From a bacterium (GTDB lineage: Bacteria > SAR324 > NAC60-12), in NCBI GenBank assembly GCA_965209155.1, contig OZ242383.1:1952001-2016000 (forward strand): a stretch of 64,000 nt of DNA, written 5' to 3'. A program made the position numbers and the translations under genes. Under the pieces are notes generated by a model, which saw only the letters and a program-made list of their open reading frames with translations, did no database searches and had not been told where the DNA came from. Position 1 is the stretch's first letter. Each line of letters opens with the position of its first letter. This document shows, in pieces, positions 19,856 through 29,492 of the stretch.

Positions 19856-21403
19856 ATGAGCCGGAAACAAGGAAAGGAATTGTCGATGCGTAAAGTACGA
19901 GAAATTTTGAGATTAGGATTAGTCTGTCAACTGTCCCAGCGACGGATTGCTCAAAGTTGTCATATGTCTCAAGCCAGTGTGAGCAAATTTTTGAATTTAG
20001 CCAAACAAAGAGAGATTGAAGGCACACAAGTCTCTCAATTCAGTGATGAAGAATTGATGAAGGCGCTTGGGCTCAACAGTGAGGTTATCTGCTATAAAAT
20101 GGCTCCCATGCCAGATTTTAAACAAATTCACGAAGAGCTGAAAAAGAAAAGTGTCACGCTTCGCTTATTGTGGGAAGAATACAAGTATCTTCATCCAAGC
20201 GGTTATCAATATTCCCAATTCTGCGAACATTACAGTCGTTTCAAGCAAACGCTCAATCGATCGCTTCGCCAGACTCACAAGGCCGGTGAGAAGCTGTTTG
20301 TGGATTATGCGGGAGAAAGCGTCAAGATCTACAATCGAGAAAGCGGCAAGTTTCAGGCGGCTCAAATTTTTGTCGCAGTTCTGGGAGCGAGCAACTACAC
20401 CTATTGCGAAGCGAGCTGGACTCAAAGTCTGCCCGACTGGATCGCTTCTCACATTCGTGCCTTTGAGTTTTTTGGAGCAGTGTCCAAAGTGGTGGTGCCG
20501 GATAATTTGAAATCAGGGGTGAAAAAAGCCTGCTTCTATGAACCGGATATCAATCCCACTTACCACGAATTGGCCCTTCATTATGGTACGGTGATTCTCC
20601 CCACCAGGGTCCGAAAACCCAAAGACAAAGCCAAGGTAGAAGTGGCGGTACAAATTGTAGAACGTTGGATCTTAGCCGCCTTACGTCATCGCAGTTTCTT
20701 CAGTTTAGAAGAATTGAATCGAGCAATCCGTCGTCTGTTAGAACGCTTGAATCAACGCCCTTTTAAAAAATTACCCGGATCGCGCTGGTCTTGTTTTCAA
20801 ACGCTGGAATTACCGGCTTTACTAGCCCTACCTCAGCAACGCTACAGTTTTGCTCAGTGGAAAAAAGCGAAAGTGAATATCGATTATCATGTGGAGTTGC
20901 AGAGGCATTACAACAGCGTTCCTTACTCCCTCTGTCACCAGGAAGTTCAAATGCGTTATAGCAGCGAAACGCTGGAAATCTTCTTTCGAGGCAAACGGGT
21001 GGCTTCCCACAAACGTGATGATCGTGCCGGGCTTCATAGCACTCAGGAGCAACATATGCCCAAAGGACATCGAGAACATCTACATTGGTCGCCTTCTCGC
21101 TTGATTGACTGGGCTGCCACCATCGGACCAGCCACCGCTAAACTGGTAGCAGGAATCATGGATCAAAGAAGCTATCCTGAGCAGGGATACCGTTCCTGCT
21201 TAGGGATTATGCGCCTTTCTAAACTCTACACGGCCAATCGAGTGGAATCGGCTTCTCAGAGGGCTATTCTCATTGGGGCTTTCCGCTATAGCAGTGTTCA
21301 TTCGATCTTAAAGAAAGGTTTGGATCGGCATCCCCTTTCCAAGCCAGAACCCACCCCGCAACTGGAACATGAAAATATCCGTGGGGCTCATTACTACCAA
21401 TGA
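19856..21403 (+). CDS. istA: IS21 transposase IstA
   Basis: 'GEKLFVDYAG', 'VPDNLKSGV', 'PKDKAKVE', 'HENIRGAHYY'. Confidence 0.95.
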   Translation: MSRKQGKELSMRKVREILRLGLVCQLSQRRIAQSCHMSQASVSKFLNLAKQREIEGTQVSQFSDEELMKALGLNSEVICYKMAPMPDFKQIHEELKKKSVTLRLLWEEYKYLHPSGYQYSQFCEHYSRFKQTLNRSLRQTHKAGEKLFVDYAGESVKIYNRESGKFQAAQIFVAVLGASNYTYCEASWTQSLPDWIASHIRAFEFFGAVSKVVVPDNLKSGVKKACFYEPDINPTYHELALHYGTVILPTRVRKPKDKAKVEVAVQIVERWILAALRHRSFFSLEELNRAIRRLLERLNQRPFKKLPGSRWSCFQTLELPALLALPQQRYSFAQWKKAKVNIDYHVELQRHYNSVPYSLCHQEVQMRYSSETLEIFFRGKRVASHKRDDRAGLHSTQEQHMPKGHREHLHWSPSRLIDWAATIGPATAKLVAGIMDQRSYPEQGYRSCLGIMRLSKLYTANRVESASQRAILIGAFRYSSVHSILKKGLDRHPLSKPEPTPQLEHENIRGAHYYQ

Positions 21404-21422
21404 GCCCCTCAGAAAGGAGTTT

Positions 21423-22172
21423 ATGATTACTGTCCCTACTTTTGAAAAATTGAAATCGATGAAGTTTTGGGGAATGGCCCAAGCTTTCGAAGAACAAATG
21501 GCCTCCAGTCAGTATGAGCGATTGAGTTTTGAGGAACGCTTGGGCTTGCTAGTGGATCGGGAAGCCAGTGAAAGAGAAAACCGTCGTATGCAATCCAGAC
21601 TGAAACAAGCTGCTTTACGACAACAAGCCTGTATCCAGGACATTGACCATACGCTGCCCCGAGGATTAGATCCTGCTCTGATGCAATCCCTCTACAGCGG
21701 CCAGTGGATTAAAGAACATCTCAATATCCTAATCTGCGGACCAACCGGCATCGGGAAAAGTTTTATTGCCTGTGCCCTGGGACATCAAGCCTGTTTGCAG
21801 GGAGCTCGAGTCAAATACTTGAGAATCCCTCGATTGCTACCCCAGTTGGCCTTAGCCAGAGGAGATGGCTCCTATCTGAAAATGATCAACCAGATGGCGC
21901 GAATGGATTTGATTATTTTAGACGACTGGGGGCTCTCAGTCTTTAACGACCAGGAAAGACGAGATATTTTGGAAATCCTCGATGATCGCCATAACCGAGG
22001 TTCAACTATTATTACCGCTCAACTTCCTGTGGAAAAATGGCATCAGATCATCGGTGATCCTACACTGGCTGATGCCATCCTCGATAGAGTGGTGCACAAT
22101 GCTTATAAACTTCAATTGAAAGGAGAGTCGGTCAGAAAAAAACGATCCAAGTTGACCAATGCTAAACAATAA
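21423..22172 (+). CDS. istB: IS21 helper ATPase IstB
   Basis: 'GPTGIGKS', 'ILDDWG', 'ADAILDRVVHNA..L.LKGES.R'. Confidence 0.95.
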   Translation: MITVPTFEKLKSMKFWGMAQAFEEQMASSQYERLSFEERLGLLVDREASERENRRMQSRLKQAALRQQACIQDIDHTLPRGLDPALMQSLYSGQWIKEHLNILICGPTGIGKSFIACALGHQACLQGARVKYLRIPRLLPQLALARGDGSYLKMINQMARMDLIILDDWGLSVFNDQERRDILEILDDRHNRGSTIITAQLPVEKWHQIIGDPTLADAILDRVVHNAYKLQLKGESVRKKRSKLTNAKQ

Positions 22173-22442
22173 ATTAAAACTAAATTAAAGAGAACGTCGC
22201 TTCGCTCCGAGAGGGTGATCGAAGTGATCCGGAATCAGTGATCGAAGTGGACCGGAATCGATGATCGAAGTGAGCGGAATACGCAGTGGAGTATTCTCCT
22301 CCATGATTTACCTCCCTGGCAAAGCGTTTACGATCATTATCGCCATTGGAAAAAACACTGGATTGTGGAGTGAACCTTCGCTTTTTGGCTCATGATCATA
22401 AAGAAGCGGATCTCCCTGATTGATAGATTTTTAATTTTTTTG

Positions 22443-22586
22443 GTAACTATTTAGGTGCGAAAACACTGGGCTAGTGGGCGACAGAACCTCTAAATTTCGT
22501 CAAAATATCTCAAAAGTGAATGATTTATTGTGCTTTTTCCAAGGAAAATACCCGAAAACCCAGGAAACTCGCACCTAAATAGTTAC
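22443..22586. mobile_element. 144-bp MITE with IS66-type terminal inverted repeats
   Basis: Perfect 18-bp IR GTAACTATTTAGGTGCGA / TCGCACCTAAATAGTTAC; no clear target duplication. Confidence 0.8.
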
Positions 22587-22898
22587 GAAAAAAGAATAAA
22601 ATGACGATATCCTCCTAGCTCGCAGTCCCATGTCCAAGTTCCGAGAACGGAAGGACAAGGGGCAATTGGGAAAATCATGGACGCCTGAGGGCGTCCTTTT
22701 TTCATGCATTGTCTTATGAGGAGAAGCCTATGGTGAAATCACGTTAGCCGAAAATGAATTTTTATTCCTTCAAACTCAATAACAATATAGGTAGAAATGA
22801 AAAGAATAATCAGAGAAATTGTCGAGAATGTGCTTTGGGGAATCAAAGCAGGTTTTCAAGCAATCCTTAATTTTGAACATCCTTTTGAAAGGAACAAC

Positions 22899-24620
22899 AT
22901 GTTTAATCTAAAAAGTAGCTCAACCTTGAGCACAAGCCTGCTGGCTCTCATCATGGGAGCAAGCATCTTCTTGGCTGGTCAGGTCTGGGCAGCCGAACCC
23001 GAATACGGTGGGACGCTTACAGTGACGGGAGAGTTGGTGCAGTTCTCGCCTACAAGTTGGGACCCCGCTGAATGGGTCTGGACGTCAATGATTTGGACTG
23101 AACCCTTTCTGCAGTCGCTTGTTCTTGGTGACTTTGTGAAGAATGGGCCACGCGGCACCAATGAGTGGCATTACCAAGGTTATGCAGGTGCTCCTTATCA
23201 TATGGTAAGAGGTCTGTTGGCTGAAAGCTGGACGGTGCCTGATGATAAAACAATTATTTTCAAAATACGTCAGGGCATCATGTGGCATGAAGTGCCGGGA
23301 GTCATGGCATCAAGGGAGTTTACAGCGGAGGATGTCGCTTATACCTGGACTCGTAATTTATCGGCAGAAGGGGCCTGGGATGCTATGGTTGGGCTCGTTG
23401 ATACGGTAACCGCTACGGATAAGTACACGGTTGAATTCAAGTTGAAGCAATGGATGCCTGATTGGACAAACAAGATAGGGGATGCCGATTATGCGACGAG
23501 GGTGTATCCACGAGAGGTAGTGGAGGCAGGATCAGGTGACTGGAAGAATTGGCGTGGGATAGGGACAGGCCCGTTTTTGCTCGAGGACTTCGTGGAAGGC
23601 AGCATGGTAACTTACGTAAAGAACCCCACTTACACGCTCCCAACCTGGGACACTGCAACCATCAATGGCAAGGAATACAAGATTCCGTTTATCGACCGTC
23701 TGGTACATTCTCTAATAACGGATATATCCTCCCAGCTCGCTGCGTTACGAACAGGGAAGATTGACCAGCATGATAATATCACTGCAGAGTACCTCCAGTC
23801 GCTAAAAAAGACAAATCCCGACATGAAGTTTTGGACGAAAACGAGTAATCGGTATCTCTACATAGGCATGAGGATGGATACGGAGCCCTTTGACGATGTC
23901 AGGGTGCGGAAAGCAATGGCCATGGCTCTCGATCAACAAGCCATTCTTGATAGTGTGTATGGTGGTGAGGGAGTGCTTTTTAACTTTCCCTACGACCCAG
24001 GAATGGGAGAGGCACTCTTTACTCCTCTGGAGAAGCTACCGAAATCAACTGCTGAGCAGTTTGAGTATAACCCCGAGCGTGCGAGGCAACTATTAGCCGA
24101 GGCGGGCTACCCGAACGGTTTCAAGAGTACTCTCAACTCAGTTTCACAAGAGCCTCATGGTAGTTTGTCTGAAATAGCGGTAGCTTACTGGAAGGATATC
24201 GGAGTCGACGTTTCCATTGAGTTGCATGAGTCGACTACTTTTGACGCCATGTTGAAAGAAAAGACGCATCAGCCCCTTACTATCTCTGCAAAGGGAGGCC
24301 ATATTGATCCGTTTCACGTTATAAATCTCGTCTACCTCGCTGACTTTTTTCATAATGCCTCCTTGTTTGACTTACACCCGCAATACGCTGAATTTAAAGA
24401 GCAATTTGATCGGGCATACGCTTCAACAGACATGGATGAATCGATGATGCTGATGAAGGATTTGTCGCAGAAGGTGTTAGGGACTGCGGCTTACACCCAA
24501 CTACCAACTCCATTTGTATACCATGCTGCCCAGCCATGGATAGAGAACTATTACGGCTCCATGATTAGTTTCTTCACTCCTGCTGCCGCTCATCTCTGGA
24601 TCAACAGCGCTGCAAAGTAA
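22899..24620 (+). CDS. ABC transporter substrate-binding protein, family 5 (paralog of 7768-9579)
   Basis: Same motifs, long identical nucleotide blocks; GAAAGGA RBS before ATG 22899. Confidence 0.9.
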   Translation: MFNLKSSSTLSTSLLALIMGASIFLAGQVWAAEPEYGGTLTVTGELVQFSPTSWDPAEWVWTSMIWTEPFLQSLVLGDFVKNGPRGTNEWHYQGYAGAPYHMVRGLLAESWTVPDDKTIIFKIRQGIMWHEVPGVMASREFTAEDVAYTWTRNLSAEGAWDAMVGLVDTVTATDKYTVEFKLKQWMPDWTNKIGDADYATRVYPREVVEAGSGDWKNWRGIGTGPFLLEDFVEGSMVTYVKNPTYTLPTWDTATINGKEYKIPFIDRLVHSLITDISSQLAALRTGKIDQHDNITAEYLQSLKKTNPDMKFWTKTSNRYLYIGMRMDTEPFDDVRVRKAMAMALDQQAILDSVYGGEGVLFNFPYDPGMGEALFTPLEKLPKSTAEQFEYNPERARQLLAEAGYPNGFKSTLNSVSQEPHGSLSEIAVAYWKDIGVDVSIELHESTTFDAMLKEKTHQPLTISAKGGHIDPFHVINLVYLADFFHNASLFDLHPQYAEFKEQFDRAYASTDMDESMMLMKDLSQKVLGTAAYTQLPTPFVYHAAQPWIENYYGSMISFFTPAAAHLWINSAAK

Positions 24621-24645
24621 GGTAAATAGACTTAATTCTTCTCTG

Positions 24646-24685
24646 ACAAACAGGGGGAGGAAGGTAACTTCTCCCCCCTGTTTGT
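24646..24685 (+). terminator. Strong hairpin after the SBP gene (terminator or mRNA stabiliser)
   Basis: ACAAACAGGGGG...CCCCCTGTTTGT. Confidence 0.6.
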
Positions 24686-24762
24686 TCAGTTTAGAAACTG
24701 AGTGGATTAAGATCAGGGGGAAGGGAATAGTGTAAGCTACACGCAAGAGATAGAAAAGAGAG

Positions 24763-25746
24763 ATGCAAGCCTACATAATCAGGAGATTACTCCTCATTAT
24801 ACCCACTATATTCGTAGCGAGTCTAATCGTGTTCTTCATGATTCGCTCTATTCCCGGCGATATCGTGACCAAGATGGCAGCTCAGCATAGGGGGGTCTGG
24901 AAAGATGCGGACAGTGCTGCTGTAAAAGCTCGCCTGGGCCTGGATGTGCCAATCCCACTCCAATACGGACGCTGGATAGGAGTGATTCGGGACCAACATG
25001 GCTCTTTTTCCGGACTCTTACAAGGCAGCCTTGGATTATCCCTCTGGCGCCAGGAACCTGTGACTGGGATAGTACTCAATCGATTGCCGGTAACCTTTGA
25101 GCTGGCTACCTTCTCTATGATACTAGCCGTCCTCATCGCCCTACCTATCGGTACCTATTCAGCGATACGGCAGGACACCATGGGCGACTACATCGCGCGC
25201 AGCTTTGGCATTCTCGCTCTTTCGATACCCGGCTTCTGGCTAGGGACATTGGTAGTTGTCTTACCCTCGATTTGGTGGGGTTGGTCTCCGTCGCTAGAGC
25301 TTATCCGGTTCAGGGATGACCCGCTGGGAAACCTGGAGCAGTACCTCGTTCCGGCTCTGGTTTTGGGCATGATTATGGCGGGGATCATCATGAGGATGAT
25401 GCGAACCATGATGCTGGAGGTGCTCAGGCAAGATTACATCAGGACCGCTTGGTCCAAGGGACTCAAGGAGAGGGTGGTCATCCTCCGGCATGCGTTGCGA
25501 AACGCCCTGATTCCGGTGATCACCGTCATCGGATTTATGATACCCTGGGTGGTTGGAGGGGCCGTTATCACAGAGACGATATTCGGCTTACCCGGCCTGG
25601 GTCATTTACTAATCCTGGCCATCAACGATAGAGACTATACCATCGTCTCCGGAGTCACGATGTTTTTGGCCGGCATTATCGTGCTGGCCAATCTGGTGAT
25701 TGACCTGTCCTACAGCTTTCTTGACCCCAGGATTCGGTATACATAA
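24763..25746 (+). CDS. Peptide ABC transporter permease (DppB-like), paralog 2
   Basis: Colinear with and highly similar to 10634-11617. Confidence 0.92.
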   Translation: MQAYIIRRLLLIIPTIFVASLIVFFMIRSIPGDIVTKMAAQHRGVWKDADSAAVKARLGLDVPIPLQYGRWIGVIRDQHGSFSGLLQGSLGLSLWRQEPVTGIVLNRLPVTFELATFSMILAVLIALPIGTYSAIRQDTMGDYIARSFGILALSIPGFWLGTLVVVLPSIWWGWSPSLELIRFRDDPLGNLEQYLVPALVLGMIMAGIIMRMMRTMMLEVLRQDYIRTAWSKGLKERVVILRHALRNALIPVITVIGFMIPWVVGGAVITETIFGLPGLGHLLILAINDRDYTIVSGVTMFLAGIIVLANLVIDLSYSFLDPRIRYT

Positions 25747-25755
25747 AAGGTACCC

Positions 25756-26209
25756 GTTCACAGTTAACGGTTATCAGTTATCAGTTTTCGGGTTACTGGT
25801 TTTTATTGGTGTTCGTTCATGTCTTCTTCTTTTGAAAACTTGGAAGTATGGAAAAAATCCTGCAGACTTGCCGTACGCTTATATAACCTACTGAAAGAGT
25901 GCCGTGATTATGGATTAAAAGATCAAATATTGCGTTCTGCGGTTTCAATTCCCTCTAATATCGCCGAGGGAAGTGAAAGAAACAGTATTCCGGAGTTCAA
26001 TAGGTTTATAAATATCGCAAAAGGTTCAGCGGCTGAATTAAGAACTCAGGTTTATATCTCAAAAGAAGTCGAAATAATCCCTAAAACCGAAGGCGCCGAT
26101 ATAATAGAAGAACTGAAGGCAATAACCAAAATGCTACAAGCCCTACAAAATTCTTTAAAGAATCGATAACCGATAACCGATAACCGATAACCGATAACCG
26201 ATAACCGAT
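25756..26209. repeat. Inverted 7-mer arrays: degenerate (GTTATCA/G)n at 25756-25801 and (CGATAAC)x6 at 26164-26209
   Basis: Directly visible on either side of a four-helix-bundle gene. Confidence 0.88.
25819..26169 (+). CDS. Four helix bundle protein (IVS/Avd-like)
   Basis: 'SFENLEVWKKS...DYGLKDQILRSAVSIPSNIAEG.ER....F.RF..IAKGSAAELRTQ'. Confidence 0.92.
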   Translation: MSSSFENLEVWKKSCRLAVRLYNLLKECRDYGLKDQILRSAVSIPSNIAEGSERNSIPEFNRFINIAKGSAAELRTQVYISKEVEIIPKTEGADIIEELKAITKMLQALQNSLKNR

Positions 26210-26210
26210 C

Positions 26211-27169
26211 TTGAGTGATACCCTGGAAATCCCACCCGAAATCAGGGAGCCCAAGCAACGTGCCAGGCTGGTGGTGTTCTTGACCAGGCTGGTCAAGGAG
26301 AAACCCCTGGGTTTTATTGGGGGGATTATCGTGCTGCTCTTTCTTTTGACTGGTATTTTTGCCGATTGGCTGGCTCCTTACGGGATGAACGAAATTCGCC
26401 CTGTCGATCGCTTGCAACCCCCATCAACCAAGTATTTGCTTGGTACGGATCATCTGGGGCGGGACATGTTGAGTCGTATTATCTTTGGGGCTCGTGTCTC
26501 GATGATTGTAGGGATCGCTGCCGGCGCTATGACGGTCCTTATTGCCCTGGTGATCGGGGTTCCTTCCGGGGTTATTGGCGGCAGGTTCGATATGGTGGTG
26601 CAGCGCTTTGTTGATGGCTGGCTTTGCTTTCCCTTGTTAGTCCTTTTCTTAGCTGCTGTCTCTGTAGTCGGGCCAGGTCTGTTGCAAATTATTATCGTTT
26701 TAGGGTTGGTACAAGGTATCGCGGTTTCAAGGATCATAAGAAGCGCCGTTATCAAATTAGAGAGGAGTTGTATGTTAAAGCGGCAGCGGCGATTGGCAGT
26801 CCGACGCGGAGAACCATTATCCGCCATATCCTGCCCAATATTATGCCTCCCGTGATTATCGTATTTTCGACACAGGTGCCGGGTTCCATTTTATCTGAAG
26901 CCAACCTCAGCTTCCTTGGGCTTGGCATCCCCCCACCGCAGCCGAGCTGGGGAGGGATGCTCAGTGGCACGGGACGCAATTATATGTTCCTCGCTCCTTG
27001 GATGGCCCTCTGGCCTGGTCTGGCTATCAGTATTGCCATCTACGGTCTCAATATGTTTGGCGATTCGGTCAGAGACCTCTTGGACCCGAAGCTGAAAGGT
27101 GGTCTCGGGGGATATTCCGGAACGAGAAAAAAACTATTCAAGCGTATAACAAAATTGTGGAAGAAGTGA
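26211..27169 (+). pseudogene. DppC-like permease, paralog 2, with a 1-nt frameshift near 26756
   Basis: Two overlapping ORFs each match half of 11619-12572; ATCAAATTAGAGAG here vs ATCAACATTAGAGAG in the paralog; could be a sequencing error. Confidence 0.8.
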
Positions 27170-27191
27170 CCATTAGCCCATTTTGCAGGAC

Positions 27192-28070
27192 ATGAAATCA
27201 AATTCACGAACCCCTGGGGGAGGCCGACTGGATGGCAAGGTCGCGATCATCACGGGCGCCGCTGGCGGCATCGGATCGCGGCTGACGAGGGCTTTCCTGA
27301 ACGAAGGTGCGAAGGTCGCGGCTGTTGACATCAGCGAGACAGTGCTCGCGAGGCTCGTCGCCGGGCTCGCCGAGGACGGCGTGACCCAGCGGCAGCTGAT
27401 GCCGATCGCGACCAACGTTGCCGACTCGCGGGCTTGCGCGAGCTGCGTCGAGTCGACACTCGACACTTTCGGCACCGTGCACGCGCTCGTGAACAACGCG
27501 GGCGTCAGCATGAATTCCGTGCGCCCGGACTACGCGACGCAACCCGTCAGGACCGACGAGCTGAGTCCGCAAGTTTGGGATCAGATCGTGGGGGTCAACC
27601 TCTCCGGTGCGTGGTACCTGAGCTACTACGTGCTGCCACGCATGGTCGATCAGGGCTACGGCCGGATCATCAACGTAACGACGAGCTTCTACGGGATGCT
27701 GTTTGTCGGCGGACAACCCTACGGGGCTTCCAAGGCCGGTATGGAGGCGATGTCCGTGAGCCTCGCTGGCGAGTTTCGCGGCACCGGCGTCACCGTGAAC
27801 GTGGTCCTGCCGGGCGGGGGGGTGGACACGCCGATGATACCCAAAGAAGCGCCGTATGCGCGCAGTGACCTGATCGATCCCGAGTGCATGGCACCGCCGA
27901 TGATCTGGTTATGCGCGGAAGCCGGCGACGACGTGACCGGCCGGCGTTACATCGCCGCAAATTGGGATCCCGCTATCGACTTCGACGCGGCCGCAGCAGC
28001 CTGCTCGCGTCCCGCCGCGTGGCCCGAGCTCACGCACGATCACGTCGCGCCCGGGTCACGGAAACGCTAA
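27192..28070 (+). CDS. SDR oxidoreductase (markedly GC-rich)
   Basis: 'TGAAGGIG', 'NNAG', 'YGASK'. Confidence 0.85.
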   Translation: MKSNSRTPGGGRLDGKVAIITGAAGGIGSRLTRAFLNEGAKVAAVDISETVLARLVAGLAEDGVTQRQLMPIATNVADSRACASCVESTLDTFGTVHALVNNAGVSMNSVRPDYATQPVRTDELSPQVWDQIVGVNLSGAWYLSYYVLPRMVDQGYGRIINVTTSFYGMLFVGGQPYGASKAGMEAMSVSLAGEFRGTGVTVNVVLPGGGVDTPMIPKEAPYARSDLIDPECMAPPMIWLCAEAGDDVTGRRYIAANWDPAIDFDAAAAACSRPAAWPELTHDHVAPGSRKR

Positions 28071-28074
28071 GCGA

Positions 28075-28420
28075 TCATCCAGACCGCTTGGATGGCCACC
28101 TGGCATGCCTCTCGTTCGAAAGATAGAAACAGAACTATGGGAAGTGAGATCTGACATCTCATTTGGAATTGCTCGTATCATTTTCACAATTCAAGAAGAT
28201 CTGATGGTTCTCTTACACGGCTTTGTTAAAAAGACGCAAAAAATTCCAAAAAAAGAATTAGACGTGGGTAGGAGACGATTAAAACAGATCAAAGAGGAAA
28301 CATGAACAAATATGTGGGTAGCAATTTTGATGAATTTCTGGAAGAATAAAACCTTTTAGCAGAAACAGAAGCAATTGCTGTGAAGCGAGTATAAGCGTTT
28401 CAGATCCAACAATTAAAGGA
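28075..28420 (+). pseudogene. Decayed RelE(Gp49-like) toxin plus antitoxin
   Basis: 'GWPPGMPLVRKI...LWEVRS...VLLHGFVKKTQK.P', then 'MNKYVGSNFDEFLEE*...A.A.KRV*' with internal stops. Confidence 0.7.
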
Positions 28421-28426
28421 GACAAC

Positions 28427-28533
28427 ATGAGACCATCCGTATATTAAAAGAGGGATTATTGGAAGATCTGAAAGACCCCAAAGACCCCAAAGAAGCAGCT
28501 GCTTATCTAGATGCTGCTTTGGAAGAAGGCGAT
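28427..28533 (+). pseudogene. Addiction-module antidote (HI1420-like) fragment
   Basis: 'LLEDLKDPK..EAAAYLDAALEEGD'. Confidence 0.55.
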
Positions 28534-28534
28534 A

Positions 28535-28642
28535 GTGAAAGAGGTGGTTCAAACAGCAGGTGCCCTGGGTCGTGAGATTGCCACTCCTGACGAAGTGCGC
28601 AAAGCGCTCAAACTGAAGGGGATGGATAAAGTGAACTTTTGA
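28535..28642 (+). pseudogene. C-terminal fragment of a beta-keto acid cleavage enzyme (Kce/DUF849)
   Basis: 'LGREIATPDEVRKALKLKGMDKVNF*'. Confidence 0.7.
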
Positions 28643-28690
28643 CCCTGTAACAAGGGGGAGACTCAACACATATTATGACAGGAGGAAAAA

Positions 28691-29470
28691 ATGGGTAAAT
28701 CTGATTTTTCGTTGGCAAATCAAGTGGCTATTGTTACCGGAGGTGGCACGGGAATAGGGCGGAGTATTGCTTTGGAGTTTGCCGAGTTCGGAGCTGATGT
28801 TGTTGTTAGTAGCCGGAAGCTGGTTAATTTAGAGAAAGTAGCTGATGAAGTTAGAGCGTTGGGTAGACGTTCCCTGGCTATCAAGGCCGACATCACCAAA
28901 AAGACCGATATCGATCACCTCGTTCAAAAAGTAGTGGAAGAATTCGGTCGTATTGATATCCTGGTGAACAATGGGGGAGTCGGTTCAAAAGTACTCGGTA
29001 AACCAGTGCCCATCATTGAAGTGGATGAAGACGAGTGGGACTTGATTATGGATACTAATCTGAAAGGCACTTACTTTTGTTGCCAGGCCGTGGGTAAGAG
29101 AATGATCGAACAGGGGAAGGGGAACATTATCAACATAACCTCGGGTGACGGAAAACGAGTGTCTGGTGGGCTGGGGACTTCCTACAATGTTGCGAAAGCA
29201 GGTGCCATCATGCTGACCCAATGCCTGGCTTGGGATTTCGGTAAACACAATATACGGATAAACTCGATTGCACCGGGATATACCAGAACAAAGATGGCTC
29301 AACCGTATTTGAGTGATCCTGAGAACTTGAAGATGCTTGAGAGCAGGAGGCCGTTGGGGCGAATTGGTGAGCCGGAGGAAATTGCCAGTGCCGCGTTATT
29401 TCTGGCTTCTGCTGCCTCCAGCTTTATTACGGGACAGACAATAAACGTTTGTGGTGGCGTGCACAACTAG
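28691..29470 (+). CDS. SDR oxidoreductase (FabG-like)
   Basis: 'TGGGTGIG', 'YNVAK', 'APGYTRT'; GGAGG RBS. Confidence 0.88.
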   Translation: MGKSDFSLANQVAIVTGGGTGIGRSIALEFAEFGADVVVSSRKLVNLEKVADEVRALGRRSLAIKADITKKTDIDHLVQKVVEEFGRIDILVNNGGVGSKVLGKPVPIIEVDEDEWDLIMDTNLKGTYFCCQAVGKRMIEQGKGNIINITSGDGKRVSGGLGTSYNVAKAGAIMLTQCLAWDFGKHNIRINSIAPGYTRTKMAQPYLSDPENLKMLESRRPLGRIGEPEEIASAALFLASAASSFITGQTINVCGGVHN

Positions 29471-29492
29471 ATTTATTCGTGGTCTTGGGAAG

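Larger units (their letters stand above)
19652..22285 (+). mobile_element. Intact IS21-family insertion sequence
   Basis: TG...CA ends (TGCATATTCC / GGAATACGCA); 4 + 3 subterminal 23-bp repeats; 6-bp target duplication GTGGAG at 19646-51 and 22286-91. Confidence 0.95.
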
